From the NCBI GenBank assembly GCA_012518795.1, contig JAAYRL010000006.1:64346-128345 (forward strand): 64,000 nt of DNA, written 5' to 3'. The notes under the pieces are model-generated. The model was not told the DNA's origin. It did no database searches and saw only the letters and a list, made by a program, of their open reading frames with translations. Numbering within the stretch: the stretch's first letter is position 1; every line of letters begins with the position of its first letter. This document shows, one piece after another, positions 48,238-59,058 of this stretch. Both the position numbers and the translations under genes were made by a program. This DNA comes from Clostridiaceae bacterium. Lineage in GTDB: Bacteria > Bacillota > Clostridia > Saccharofermentanales > DTU023.

Positions 48238-49070
48238 TATTCTCCTCCGTTCGTATCAGGCTTAAAGGTTCTGGTATCTCCGCGTAAATCAATCGTACCT
48301 GAACCCTTATCAGCAATAACATCACTATTTATCACTTGTTTCAACCACGTAAATTTATTTTTTAAATCACGCGATTTATTGCAGATAATTAACAATTTTT
48401 GATCCTCCACATTCAGTCTTAAGTAAATATTATTGTTAATCGTCGGTTCTATGACATCTATCATATATAGTAATTTATCACCTTCTGAATCCATATCAGC
48501 TTCAATTAAAGCCGACATTGCAAACATCGCATTCTCTAAATATTCTTTTTGTTCAACTTCTACACATTTACCCAGAGTAAGATTTGTAATTGTAATGCCT
48601 TTAATAATTGGTATATCTTGCGGTTCTTGATCCAGAACTTCAATAACAACTCCCTTACCATCAATTGTACAAAATCCGTCCGGTATTTTGATCCAGCCGA
48701 TTGCAATTCTTTCATCAACATCAAATATTATTTTATTCGGGAAAGAATAGCTTATTGTAATATCAGCAACTTGAGGAATCTCTTGTATCACTTTCTGTTC
48801 GGCTTTCATATAGCGTCCACTGAAAAAGCCGGATAACGTGCCGCCCATACCTTCTAAAAAGTGTTGATTCTCGCTGATTTCAGCAGATTCCAAAATTGCT
48901 TCCGGAGCTATAAAAACAGTGTTGTTTATTTCGATAGTTCTGATACGAAATATCGGGAGCAAAAAGAATAAGGATATCAAAATAACCAAACACATCATAA
49001 TAATTATCAATTTATGATGCTTGGCAAATTTGACTTTCTTCCGATTATTCCGTTGCATTTGTTGTTTCAA
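48237..49070 (-). CDS. divIB: Cell division protein DivIB/FtsQ
   Basis: Basic N-terminus, one TM helix, a POTRA-like segment (FRIRTIEINNTVFIAPEAI), and its position in the dcw cluster. Confidence 0.85.
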   Translation of the reverse strand: MKQQMQRNNRKKVKFAKHHKLIIIMMCLVILISLFFLLPIFRIRTIEINNTVFIAPEAILESAEISENQHFLEGMGGTLSGFFSGRYMKAEQKVIQEIPQVADITISYSFPNKIIFDVDERIAIGWIKIPDGFCTIDGKGVVIEVLDQEPQDIPIIKGITITNLTLGKCVEVEQKEYLENAMFAMSALIEADMDSEGDKLLYMIDVIEPTINNNIYLRLNVEDQKLLIICNKSRDLKNKFTWLKQVINSDVIADKGSGTIDLRGDTRTFKPDTNGGE

Positions 49071-49108
49071 ATAATTCTCTTCTCACTATAATTTGTTTTC
49101 AATTCTCA

Positions 49109-50236
49109 TTAATTTTTAGTAGAAGAAATGATTCCTTCTGCTATATCAACAATTTGGGAAGCTGCATCCGGTGTTGCCAAACTACTGGCTTGTTTACTCA
49201 TCTCATACAAAACTCTGCGATTCTCAATCAAATATTTGATTTGCTCAACTAATATTTTTGCATCAAAATCCTTTTCTTCAATCAATATTGCAGCATTTTG
49301 ATCTGCAAATGATTTAGCATTAAAAAATTGATGATTATCCGCTGCAGCAGCATATGGAATAAAAATTGCCGGCGTTGATGTAGCTGCAGCTTCAAAACAG
49401 GCGGAAGCACCTGATCTGCCAATATATAAATCGGATGCCGGCAACCAGAGTGTCGTATCCAAATAAGGCTTCATGATAAAATCTTCACTCACATATGATG
49501 ATAATGAATTTTTCAAATGAGTATAATTGCGATCTCCGGAACTCATTATCAACATTAATTCCGGAAATTCAGTTTTTAATTCCTGCCACATATTGGATTC
49601 AAATAAATCTAAGATAGCTTGATTAATAGAATTAGCCCCCAGGCTGCCACCAATAATTAAAACTATAAATTTTTCCGAAGAAATTTCAAGACGTCTTCTG
49701 GCTTCCTCAGATTTCATTTCAAAAAATGCTTTGCGCACGGGATTTCCTGTCAAATAAGCATTGGATGCCATTTTGAAATGTTCTTTTGAAGAATTGAATG
49801 AAACACAAACTGCCTGTGATCTTTTGGCAAAAAATCGATTTGCTTTACCGGGAAATGCATTTTGCTCATGGATAATATAAGGAATTTTTAAACGCATGGC
49901 GGCCAATAACAGTGGAGCACAGACAAAACCACCTGTTCCGATAATTGCAGATGGACGATCTTCATTCAAAATTCGAATACTACTACGATATCCGGAGCAA
50001 GATGATTTAGTAAATGAGAATATTTTTCGGGCAGAATTAGGTAAACGGCTGGCTTCAATTACCTGATATGGAAAACCGGCTTCTTTGATCATTTCATATT
50101 CAACACCGTCTTTCGTCACAAAAAAGACAATTTTATTACTCGGATCTCGAGTCTGAATTGATTCAGCAATGGCTAAAGCCGGATTGACATGACCGCTGGT
50201 TCCTCCACCTACTATATAATATACTCTTTTTTTCAT
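49109..50236 (-). CDS. murG: UDP-N-acetylglucosamine--N-acetylmuramyl-(pentapeptide) pyrophosphoryl-undecaprenol GlcNAc transferase
   Basis: GGGTSGHVNPALA, GGSLGA, GRSGAS motifs. Confidence 0.95.
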   Translation of the reverse strand: MKKRVYYIVGGGTSGHVNPALAIAESIQTRDPSNKIVFFVTKDGVEYEMIKEAGFPYQVIEASRLPNSARKIFSFTKSSCSGYRSSIRILNEDRPSAIIGTGGFVCAPLLLAAMRLKIPYIIHEQNAFPGKANRFFAKRSQAVCVSFNSSKEHFKMASNAYLTGNPVRKAFFEMKSEEARRRLEISSEKFIVLIIGGSLGANSINQAILDLFESNMWQELKTEFPELMLIMSSGDRNYTHLKNSLSSYVSEDFIMKPYLDTTLWLPASDLYIGRSGASACFEAAATSTPAIFIPYAAAADNHQFFNAKSFADQNAAILIEEKDFDAKILVEQIKYLIENRRVLYEMSKQASSLATPDAASQIVDIAEGIISSTKN

Positions 50237-51591
50237 CTACCTTTCTCCGATACAGGTGCCAAATTTTGAGTCAAAACTTTATTTGCAGTTTGACCTGTTC
50301 GTGATACACATAATACCATACCTATTTCAACCAAAAAAACAATATTAGATGTTCCTCCATAGCTGAAAAACGGAAGCGTAATTCCGGTTGCAGGTATTAG
50401 TTCTGCGGCAACCGCCACATTTAACAATACTTGAAGTATAATTAAAAAAGAGTATCCCCAAGCAATTAAGCAAGCGAAAACGGAATTAGCATTCAATGTA
50501 ACTTTTACTCCGATAATAAATTGGATTGCAAACAAAATCAATACACTCATCGTACCCAGATAACCCAATTCTTCAGCAATTGCCGGGAAGATATAATCAT
50601 TATGTACTTGAGGCAAATAATTGTATTTTTGTCTGCCTTGACCCAAGCCAACTCCGGTCAAACCACCGGTTCCCATTGCAATTTCCGCTTGCCTTATTTG
50701 ATATCTTTGATCTTCGGAAACTTCATCTGCGTCTTCAAATGTTTCAATCCGTTTTGCTGAATGAGCAAATTTATTTGCAATGAATTCACTTAAAGTTACA
50801 CCTTTGGTTGCAGGTAAAATTAACGAAACCAATATTATTCCAACCAGGATAATAGGTAACAATTGGATAATTCCACTCAGCCATGATTTCCAAGGAATCC
50901 GAGCTGCAAGAAAAACTGCAAAACATAGAGCACAAAAGATTATTGCGCCGGATAAGTGAGGTTGAATCACGATTAAGATAAGCCAAAAACCCAAAATTAA
51001 TACCGGAAACAGAAAATCAATACGTCCATCTAACCAAAATTGTCGAGAAGGTGTTTTGGCTCGAAATTTTCCTTTTGCTCTTTCGCTCTTTGTAAATGAA
51101 AAATAATGTGCTAAGAATAATACAGATGAAAATTTTGCTACTTCTGACGGTTGCAATCCTATCGGACCTATATTCAGCCATCTTGTTGCACCCATTTCAC
51201 TTCTACCTTGGATAATTACCAGAGCTAAAAGAATTGTTGTTACAATATAAGCTCCTGAAACAATCCATTTGTTGTTAAAGCTTTTTATTTCAAAAAAAGA
51301 TGCCAAAACTAAACCCACACCTAGACCTAATGCCACCATACCTGCTTGCCGAATAAAATAATATTTGGAGTCATCCCCTTGAGTTGCAAAACTGGTGCTC
51401 ATGCTGGCAGAAAATAACATAATCAAACCAAAACAGACTAAAACAATTGTCACAATTAATAAAGGTGCGTTTAATCTGCGAAATTTTCCCAATTCATCTA
51501 AAAGATCTACTTCTGTTTCTTCAGGTTTTTCATCAGGTTTTCTCAAAGTCAGATCATATTGATTGTTTTCATTTCTTTGTATACTTCGCAT
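50233..51591 (-). CDS. ftsW: SEDS-family peptidoglycan glycosyltransferase FtsW
   Basis: 10-TM SEDS protein (QPSEVAKF, LPFFSYGGTS) between mraY and murG. Confidence 0.9.
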   Translation of the reverse strand: MRSIQRNENNQYDLTLRKPDEKPEETEVDLLDELGKFRRLNAPLLIVTIVLVCFGLIMLFSASMSTSFATQGDDSKYYFIRQAGMVALGLGVGLVLASFFEIKSFNNKWIVSGAYIVTTILLALVIIQGRSEMGATRWLNIGPIGLQPSEVAKFSSVLFLAHYFSFTKSERAKGKFRAKTPSRQFWLDGRIDFLFPVLILGFWLILIVIQPHLSGAIIFCALCFAVFLAARIPWKSWLSGIIQLLPIILVGIILVSLILPATKGVTLSEFIANKFAHSAKRIETFEDADEVSEDQRYQIRQAEIAMGTGGLTGVGLGQGRQKYNYLPQVHNDYIFPAIAEELGYLGTMSVLILFAIQFIIGVKVTLNANSVFACLIAWGYSFLIILQVLLNVAVAAELIPATGITLPFFSYGGTSNIVFLVEIGMVLCVSRTGQTANKVLTQNLAPVSEKGR

Positions 51592-51688
51592 AATATCCTC
51601 GCAGGTTCAGATAGATTAATTATTTCAAATAATTTCCAAATAACAATAAATACTGTAAATAACTACAAATAACCGGTAATAAAAAAAA

Positions 51689-52681
51689 TTAAATAACCAC
51701 TAATACTCCAATTATTCCGCAAACAATCCCGGCTAATACAAAATTAATAACAACTTTCTTTTCATGCCAGCCTTTTAATTCAAAGTGATGATGTAGCGGA
51801 GCCATTTTAAATAATCTTTTACCACCGGTAGCTTTAAAATAAATAACTTGCAGCATTGTTGATAAGGCTTCTACAATGTATACTAAACCGGTTATCAACA
51901 TCAGCCAAGGCATCCCGACCACCAAGGCAATTGCTGCGAAACCCACTCCTAAAGCTTGTGAGCCTGTATCTCCCATAAAGACTTTTGCCGGGTGATAATT
52001 ATAAACCAAAAAACCAGCAGCGCCTGCAGCAATTGCAAAACAGGCACCTATCATCGGATTTGTTTTTAAAGTGTTTTTATAAACAACATATATGCTTAAG
52101 GCTAAGGACAAAGCAGAAACTATCATTAAACTTGAAACAAGTCCATCCAAACCGTCCGTAATATTAACTGCATTTGACATAAAAAACAGATAAAGAACAA
52201 TAAATATTAAATAAAGATATTTCCAGCTACCTACGATCAAAATTTCTTGTCTGACAAAAGGAATATAAATAAACGGTTCAAAATCCGAAAACCACAACAA
52301 CCAAATTGCGAACAGGATACAGATTATTATCAAACCGATTGTTTTCTGAATTACAGAAAGCCCATCCTTCGTGACTCTTACTTTAACATAATCATCTAGA
52401 AATCCAACTAAACCGAAGAGTAGCATTAATAAAACAATAGCGCTGTAACTGATCCAACTCCGATCGATAAACGGCAAAATAACTGCAGAAATTGTTAACG
52501 GTATTAAAAAAAATAAACCGCCAAAAGTAGGTGTTCCACTTTTGACATAATGAGTTGTCGGACCATCTGAACGAACTGTTTGTCCTAATTGCAATTTATG
52601 CAAATAGCGCAAACCGAATTTTCCCAAGAATAATGTCAGCAAAACAATGAATATCGCATTGAGCCAAATCAAATTATTCAA
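51689..52681 (-). CDS. mraY: Phospho-N-acetylmuramoyl-pentapeptide-transferase
   Basis: TPTFGG, NAVNITDGLDGL, MGDTGSQALG, HHHFE motifs. TTG start overlaps the murF stop. Confidence 0.96.
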   Translation of the reverse strand: MNNLIWLNAIFIVLLTLFLGKFGLRYLHKLQLGQTVRSDGPTTHYVKSGTPTFGGLFFLIPLTISAVILPFIDRSWISYSAIVLLMLLFGLVGFLDDYVKVRVTKDGLSVIQKTIGLIIICILFAIWLLWFSDFEPFIYIPFVRQEILIVGSWKYLYLIFIVLYLFFMSNAVNITDGLDGLVSSLMIVSALSLALSIYVVYKNTLKTNPMIGACFAIAAGAAGFLVYNYHPAKVFMGDTGSQALGVGFAAIALVVGMPWLMLITGLVYIVEALSTMLQVIYFKATGGKRLFKMAPLHHHFELKGWHEKKVVINFVLAGIVCGIIGVLVVI

Positions 52682-54150
52682 AACTTAAACTCCTGTGTCT
52701 CAATTTTTTGAGAAATTTTCTCCATGGTATAACTTCTGGAACCTTTAACCAAGATACAATCTCCAGGTTCAATAATATCAATAATATCTTCTGCGATTGA
52801 AGCAGAGTCCGGAAAAGTTTTGATTCTTAATCCGGGATTAATTTGTTTTACACCGGCTTCAATCCATTTAGTTTCTTCTCCAACCAGATATAAAATATCA
52901 ATTCCTAAATCAGCAATTTTGTAACCGATGTTAGTATGTAAATCTTCCGCATATTTTCCCAATTCGCGCATTGCGCTCATACAAGCAATTTTTCTTCTTG
53001 TACCGGCAATCATGGCTAAAGTATCCAAAGCGGCCGTATTCGATTCCGGCGATGAATTATAGGAATCATCAATTAAGATTAAGTCGTTCTTTTGAACTAT
53101 TCTCTGTCTATTTCCGGTATTAGAAAATCTGAGACAACCCGCAACAGCGATATCCATGTCCAGACCTAGCGCATATGCACTGGCTAAACCGAACAAAGCA
53201 GCCCTGATCAGATATTTACCCGGCGTTTTAATTTTTACCGGCCAAGCTACTTCAGGATCCAAAGTCGTTTTCGCAATAAAGGATGTTCCACTGGTTTCAA
53301 CTTTTAAATCCTCAGCCCAGAACACCGGAAAATTTTCAAAATCCGAACCAATTTCTTCAAATTCATTACAGATTCTCCACACTGTAGTTGTACCTTTAAA
53401 AGTCATTGCCCAAGCATTGAGATGAGTATCCTGGCCGTTGATCAAAACAATCCCGTTGCTTTTCATACCGCTAATTATGTCGGTTTTCTCTTCCAAAATA
53501 TTTTTTCTGCTGCCCAAATATTCAGAGTGACTATATCCAACACTGGTTATTATCGCTATATCAGGATGAGCCACATCGCTTAATATTTTTATTTCACCGC
53601 GACGATCCATTCCCATTTCAGCGAGAATTACTTCGTCCTCATCATCAGCATCTAATAAAGTTAGAGGTAAACCGATCTGGTTATTCTCATTGTTCGAAGT
53701 TTGATGAAGTTTCATTTGTGTACCGAGGATTGCACCTACCATTCGTCTGGTAGTAGTTTTTCCGACACTACCGGTAATTCCGATCACCGGTGCAAGTAAG
53801 GTCAGTCGATATCCCTCCGCTATTTTTTGATAGGCTTTGAGGGTGTCTTGAACCAAAAGTAAATCCGGTACATCTTTTCCGTGTCGCAAATCATAATAGA
53901 GTTGCATTGCCTGTTCGCTCTTTTCGTTTAGAATCAGCATTTTGCAACCTTTAGCAATCGCTTGATCTACAAACTTATGACCATCAAAATTTTCACCTAT
54001 TAATGCTAAAAATGCCTCTCCTGAACGCAAAGTTCTTGTATCTGTCGAGATACCACGATAAAATCTTTCACTTTGGTGCTGTGCTTCAGGTGTCTGTATT
54101 AATAGTCCGTCAGTCCATGTTTGCAATTGGGCAGGTATAAATCTAGCCAT
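52678..54150 (-). CDS. murF: UDP-N-acetylmuramoyl-tripeptide--D-alanyl-D-alanine ligase
   Basis: ISTDTRTLRSGEAFLALIGENFDGHKF N-terminus typical of MurF, P-loop GITGSVGKTTT, and its position before mraY. Confidence 0.88.
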   Translation of the reverse strand: MARFIPAQLQTWTDGLLIQTPEAQHQSERFYRGISTDTRTLRSGEAFLALIGENFDGHKFVDQAIAKGCKMLILNEKSEQAMQLYYDLRHGKDVPDLLLVQDTLKAYQKIAEGYRLTLLAPVIGITGSVGKTTTRRMVGAILGTQMKLHQTSNNENNQIGLPLTLLDADDEDEVILAEMGMDRRGEIKILSDVAHPDIAIITSVGYSHSEYLGSRKNILEEKTDIISGMKSNGIVLINGQDTHLNAWAMTFKGTTTVWRICNEFEEIGSDFENFPVFWAEDLKVETSGTSFIAKTTLDPEVAWPVKIKTPGKYLIRAALFGLASAYALGLDMDIAVAGCLRFSNTGNRQRIVQKNDLILIDDSYNSSPESNTAALDTLAMIAGTRRKIACMSAMRELGKYAEDLHTNIGYKIADLGIDILYLVGEETKWIEAGVKQINPGLRIKTFPDSASIAEDIIDIIEPGDCILVKGSRSYTMEKISQKIETQEFKF

Positions 54151-54162
54151 ATTACCTCCTCA

Positions 54163-56982
54163 CTATTCCGAAGACGTGGATCCGAGTACAACTTTGATGA
54201 CGCTGCCTCTTTGCACATAATTTATATTCTGATCCTCATCAGTCATTTCATTCTCACCTTGATCATTATCACTTGTATCATCTATCGCATTATCTATTTG
54301 CGATTCTGAAGTTTCATCTATTTCTGTAAATTCAGTTTGCTCCGTATCAGAAACAATCGTTTCATACGGATCTGCTATATTATAATCCGGTTCATCCGTA
54401 TTTTTTGTTATTATCTCTTTCTCTTTCGGAATAGATTGGCTAACCGCCAATCCGGTAAAATCTCCTTCAAATTGAACGATTATTCCGGCACTTTCGGCAG
54501 CCAACATACATTCATTATAATTCTTGCCCGTAAAATCAGGTACAGCTACCAAATCTTCCGCTATTTCCGCTTCCGGATATACAAAAACCGTTGAGCCGTT
54601 ATGTAAAGCAGTGCCTATTTCCGGAACAAATGCCATAATTTGATCGTCCGGTTTCATGTTTTTCACACCGGGCTTAACGATAATCGAATCATAGTTTAAA
54701 TTATATGTTGCTTCTTCCAAAGTTTGACCGTAAATATCCGGCATTGCAACTGTTTCTTGCATATTTTGTAACTGATTATCTGTGTAATTTCTCTCAATAT
54801 TCAGATAATCAAGCACCCAATTTGTTAATCCGGAAACAGGACTGATTAAATCGGTACTATAAGAATCTTTTTTTCCAATATTTTGCCCGACTATAATTGT
54901 CATAATTCGCGGATTGTCAATTGGTGCAAAACTGACATATGACATTGTGAGTTCATCAGTTGTTTCATCAACTGATGTCGACGTTTTTCCACCCAAAGAA
55001 TAACCGGAACTTACTTTGTTTATTCCTTGCATAACATCATTTTTTTGCAACATTTTATTCATTCGCCGTGATGTGTTTTCCGAAATCACTCGGCGTTCAA
55101 TTTGTGGTTCAAAAGTCTTTATAGTGCGACCTTGTTGATCGCTAATGCTTTTGACAATTGTCGGTGTAATTAAATTTCCTCCATTAACAACTGCTGCCAA
55201 AGCTTTTGAATAACTTATCAAGTTGAATTTTGATTGTTCACCAAATGCTAAGGTTGCTAAATCAATTAATGACGGGTCTTTATGGATTAAATTTTTTGCT
55301 TCACCCGGTAATTGAATTCCGGAAGTTTGATTAAAGCCGAATGCATCAATATAATCATAAAATTTCTCTATTCCCAAATCTAAAGCTACTTGGACAAATG
55401 GCGGATTACAGGATCTGGTGAAGGCTTCTTCCAATGTTTCCGTGCCATGTCCTTCACCGGTAAAACAGCTGATTGTATAATCTAAAATATCTATCGGATC
55501 ATCACTATAATATTTGTCTTCAAAAGTAATGTTTTCTTCCATTCCCATTGCAGTCGTAATAATCTTAAAGGTAGAACCCACTTCAAATAAATCAGAAACA
55601 GCTTTATTTCGCCAAACATCTTCCATCAAGTAATTAATCGTTTCCTGATCGGTTGGGTCCCATTCACCTTCATATTTTGTTCCAGGTACTTCTGTTGTGG
55701 GATCGGAACTGTTAAAAAAAGGATAGGAAGCCAGAGCCAGAATCTCTGCAGTTTGAACATCCATAATCAACCCCATGCCTGCTTCTTTTGCATCAAGTGA
55801 AATCAAGGCTCGTTCAAGATAATCCTGTAATTGCTTGGTTATTTCATAATCAAGCGTAAGTGTCACATTATAACCATCTGCTGTTGACTTCTCGGTAGCT
55901 TCTGAAAAGGGTAACAAACCCGAATTGGCATAATTATCTCTGGCTCCAAAAGAGAAACCTGCCTGTCCGGATAAAATACTATCTAGTTCGTATTCAATAC
56001 CCAATCTACCTTCTAATACCTCGCCATTTAAACTGGCAAATCCGATAATCTGGCTTCCTATATTGTCGTTAAAAAACACTCGTTCAGGTTCAGCATCAAG
56101 TCGAACACCTCCGATTTTATTGATGCTTAGGTATTGATCTAAACGTTCTGCTTTTTCTTGCGGTACATTTTTTGCTAATTGAATATATGTCTGATCTTTT
56201 TTTTCTAATTCGGCTTTCACAAGATCAGCTTCCAGATTCAATACTCCTGCAATGCTTTGAGCTATTTCAGCTTCGGTCTGCGTATTTATTAAAGAGTAAA
56301 CATGTTTCGGTGTAATACCTACCCGATAGATATTTGTTGTAGTCGCTAATATTTTACCGTTGCGATCATATATATCTCCACGTTTCGGCATTAATTTAAT
56401 TTTTCGATAATATTGATCATTTGCTATTTTCGACATTTCATCATGTTTGTTAATCTGGACATCGTAAAGAACCGTTGACAGATAAATAATTACAAACAAA
56501 ATCAAGGTAGAGACCACAACAATAGCAATTCGGTTAATCCTAATCTTATAAGGAATACTCTTGAGCCTTATATCATGCCTTTGTTTTCCAATAACTTTTT
56601 TTCGATTACTTCCGGCATCGCCTTGATGATTATTTTTAATACCAGAAATTATATAATTATCATCTTTGGATTTTTTACTGTTATTTCTTGCTCTAACAGT
56701 ATTTCTTGAGTTTTTATATGTTGTAATTACATCGTTATGTATATTTGGATTTTGTTTTAAAAAATCTGTTTTTTTATTTCTTTTACGACTATACGTTATG
56801 TCGTTAATATTTGTTTTATTATTTAAATGATTTGAAGAATTTTGTGATTTTTTTGTAAATTCATTATTACGACTTGAATTAAGGACTTGAGAATTTTGAA
56901 CTTGAGATCTATTTCTTCTTGTCCTTTTATTATTTTTCCCATATTCATGTCGTGGATTTCTTCTATCCGGCCTATCACTCAT
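54163..56982 (-). CDS. Class B penicillin-binding protein (PBP2B/FtsI type) with two PASTA domains
   Basis: Roughly 150-aa basic disordered N-terminus, one TM helix, STFK (SxxK), SCN, KTS(T) motifs, two PASTA-like repeats (PDIYGQTLEEA, VPDFTGKNYNEC) and an acidic tail. Confidence 0.92.
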   Translation of the reverse strand: MSDRPDRRNPRHEYGKNNKRTRRNRSQVQNSQVLNSSRNNEFTKKSQNSSNHLNNKTNINDITYSRKRNKKTDFLKQNPNIHNDVITTYKNSRNTVRARNNSKKSKDDNYIISGIKNNHQGDAGSNRKKVIGKQRHDIRLKSIPYKIRINRIAIVVVSTLILFVIIYLSTVLYDVQINKHDEMSKIANDQYYRKIKLMPKRGDIYDRNGKILATTTNIYRVGITPKHVYSLINTQTEAEIAQSIAGVLNLEADLVKAELEKKDQTYIQLAKNVPQEKAERLDQYLSINKIGGVRLDAEPERVFFNDNIGSQIIGFASLNGEVLEGRLGIEYELDSILSGQAGFSFGARDNYANSGLLPFSEATEKSTADGYNVTLTLDYEITKQLQDYLERALISLDAKEAGMGLIMDVQTAEILALASYPFFNSSDPTTEVPGTKYEGEWDPTDQETINYLMEDVWRNKAVSDLFEVGSTFKIITTAMGMEENITFEDKYYSDDPIDILDYTISCFTGEGHGTETLEEAFTRSCNPPFVQVALDLGIEKFYDYIDAFGFNQTSGIQLPGEAKNLIHKDPSLIDLATLAFGEQSKFNLISYSKALAAVVNGGNLITPTIVKSISDQQGRTIKTFEPQIERRVISENTSRRMNKMLQKNDVMQGINKVSSGYSLGGKTSTSVDETTDELTMSYVSFAPIDNPRIMTIIVGQNIGKKDSYSTDLISPVSGLTNWVLDYLNIERNYTDNQLQNMQETVAMPDIYGQTLEEATYNLNYDSIIVKPGVKNMKPDDQIMAFVPEIGTALHNGSTVFVYPEAEIAEDLVAVPDFTGKNYNECMLAAESAGIIVQFEGDFTGLAVSQSIPKEKEIITKNTDEPDYNIADPYETIVSDTEQTEFTEIDETSESQIDNAIDDTSDNDQGENEMTDEDQNINYVQRGSVIKVVLGSTSSE

Positions 56983-56986
56983 TCTA

Positions 56987-57607
56987 TTATTCCTGCAACC
57001 TAAGTTTCTTCATATACATTTCAATTTGATTAGCATCGAATGTTATTGTAGTCTCATCGGACTCTAAATCAATTTCTGTTCCATCATTGTTATAACGCAC
57101 GACTCTATCAATTTCAGGTAGTGTCATATGAATTCTTTGTGATTGTGCAGGTTTTCTTAGACCATACATTTGATATGCTTGTTGCTCGATATCTTTTAAA
57201 TCTATACCGGTTAATAATTCTTCATAATTATCAGAATTAGCTGCATTCAATTGATTAACTTCATTAGCCAGCCTAGTATTTGAAAAATTTTGCTCGACGA
57301 TTTGAGAATGACGAACCATAATAAAAGTAAACAAGCCTGCAATAATTAAAACCATTGCCAAAATACTAACTATACTTTTTGCACGTTCAATCCCTATTAC
57401 ACGATAAATTGAGCGCATGCGAATTGCAATTTTTCGCTCTTCTATTCTGCGTTTGCGTTCTTTTCGCTCTAATTCCTCTTTACGCCATTCATATGGTATT
57501 TCATAAGGAATTTTCGGAACTGCACTGGCTCTATTATTCAAATAATAACTGTCTAATTCGTGATTAGATAATTTATATGCTAAGTTAGTATTTATACGAT
57601 TATTCAT
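56987..57607 (-). CDS. ftsL: FtsL-like cell division protein (called by position and topology)
   Basis: Single TM helix (IVSILAMVLIIAGLFTFIMV) followed by a coiled-coil segment, located between rsmH and the PBP gene. Longer than a typical FtsL. Confidence 0.6.
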   Translation of the reverse strand: MNNRINTNLAYKLSNHELDSYYLNNRASAVPKIPYEIPYEWRKEELERKERKRRIEERKIAIRMRSIYRVIGIERAKSIVSILAMVLIIAGLFTFIMVRHSQIVEQNFSNTRLANEVNQLNAANSDNYEELLTGIDLKDIEQQAYQMYGLRKPAQSQRIHMTLPEIDRVVRYNNDGTEIDLESDETTITFDANQIEMYMKKLRLQE

Positions 57608-57630
57608 AATTATCTCATTTCATAGTAATC

Positions 57631-57670
57631 AGCTTAAATCAGCTTAAATTAGCTTAAATTAGTTTAAATC
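57631..57670. repeat. 10-bp tandem repeat x4 (agcttaaat[c/t])
   Basis: Units at 57631-40, 57641-50, 57651-60 and 57661-70. The last unit contains the rsmH stop codon (57664-57666). Confidence 0.85.
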
Positions 57671-58614
57671 ATTTCAAATACTCGCAATCTTGCACTGCGT
57701 GCTCTACTATTCTTAGCTATCTCCATTTTGGTAGCAGTAATTCCTTTTCTGCTAATTATCTTACCTAGAGGTTTATTGTCACAAATACAAACCGGAAAAT
57801 CCTTCGGACAGGTACAGGGATTTTCCCATTTTTGAAATTTATGCTTTATTATTCTATCTTCCAAGGAATGAAAAGATATAAAATCTATTCTCCCGCCGGA
57901 CTTAACACATTGCGGCAAAATATCTAATAGATCTTCCAATTCTTTCAATTCTTGATTAACTGCAATTCTTAGAGCTTGAAAAACTCTTTTCGCCGGATGT
58001 TTTTCACGTTTACTCTTTGCAGGAATGTTCTTTTTTATCAATTCGACCAGATCAAATGTAGATCTGAACGGTTTAATCTTGCGTTCCGCTATGATGGCCG
58101 AAGCTATTCTTCGAGCAAATTGTTCTTCACCATATACTCGAAAAATATACGTAAGTTCATCTACACTCGAATTATTCACAATATCCGCCGCTTTTATCGG
58201 ATTTGAAGGATCCATTCGCATATCTAGATCTCCATCTTTTTGAAAAGAAAAACCACGTTCAGCGGTATCAATTTGATATGAAGATACACCCAAATCCGCC
58301 AACACTCCGTCAACTTTATCAATTTTCAAGTCGTTTAAAATTTCTCTCAAATTTGAAAATTGATTCTTTACTAAGATAAATTGAGCATTATTTTGATTTA
58401 AACTTTCAAGTTTCAGTTTTGTCGCCGTTAAAGCTGCAGGATCTTGATCTATAGAGATTAACAAACCTGTAGAAGACAATCGTTTCAGAATCCCTGAGCT
58501 ATGTCCTCCCCCTCCGGCAGTACAATCTACGTAAATTCCACCTGGCTTTATTAATAAGCTCTCCAATACTTCCGTATAAAGAACAGGTATATGATAATCA
58601 GAGTCCTTGAACAT
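57664..58614 (-). CDS. rsmH: 16S rRNA (cytosine(1402)-N4)-methyltransferase
   Basis: HIPVL, DCTAGGGGHS, DLGVSS, SFHSLEDR motifs. Confidence 0.96.
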   Translation of the reverse strand: MFKDSDYHIPVLYTEVLESLLIKPGGIYVDCTAGGGGHSSGILKRLSSTGLLISIDQDPAALTATKLKLESLNQNNAQFILVKNQFSNLREILNDLKIDKVDGVLADLGVSSYQIDTAERGFSFQKDGDLDMRMDPSNPIKAADIVNNSSVDELTYIFRVYGEEQFARRIASAIIAERKIKPFRSTFDLVELIKKNIPAKSKREKHPAKRVFQALRIAVNQELKELEDLLDILPQCVKSGGRIDFISFHSLEDRIIKHKFQKWENPCTCPKDFPVCICDNKPLGKIISRKGITATKMEIAKNSRARSARLRVFEMI

Positions 58615-59032
58615 TGAATCTTGTTAAATCCAAATCACTCAACGAACTGATATCCGCCAATGATTTTTCGTAGAATTCCTTCGAACAAATATCTACTTTA
58701 TCGTACATATCGATAAAGCAAATTTCTTCACCGGCTTCTACACCTATCCATTGCCAAAGATTGTCGGTCAAACTAATCCTGCCCTGAGCATCAAATTGAC
58801 ATTCAATAGCTTCACCGATGATTGCCCTTTTTAAGAGACGAACATCAGGATCCGTACCGGAAAGACTGGAAATTTGTTCACGTATTAAATTAAATTGTTC
58901 AGGAGTATAAGCCGATAGATAGTTTGCATCTAAACTTAGAGTCACAAAAAGAACTCCGTCAAGATTTTCTCTTAATCTTGCCGGTACAATAACACGACCT
59001 TTTTTATCAACTGTATGTGTATAGCGTGCCAT
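58598..59032 (-). CDS. mraZ: Transcriptional regulator MraZ
   Basis: Two SpoVT/AbrB-like halves with DxxGR motifs (DKKGRVIVP, DAQGRISL). First gene of the dcw cluster. Confidence 0.93.
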   Translation of the reverse strand: MARYTHTVDKKGRVIVPARLRENLDGVLFVTLSLDANYLSAYTPEQFNLIREQISSLSGTDPDVRLLKRAIIGEAIECQFDAQGRISLTDNLWQWIGVEAGEEICFIDMYDKVDICSKEFYEKSLADISSLSDLDLTRFNVQGL

Positions 59033-59058
59033 TTGCGTTCACTAAGTAACTAGATTTA

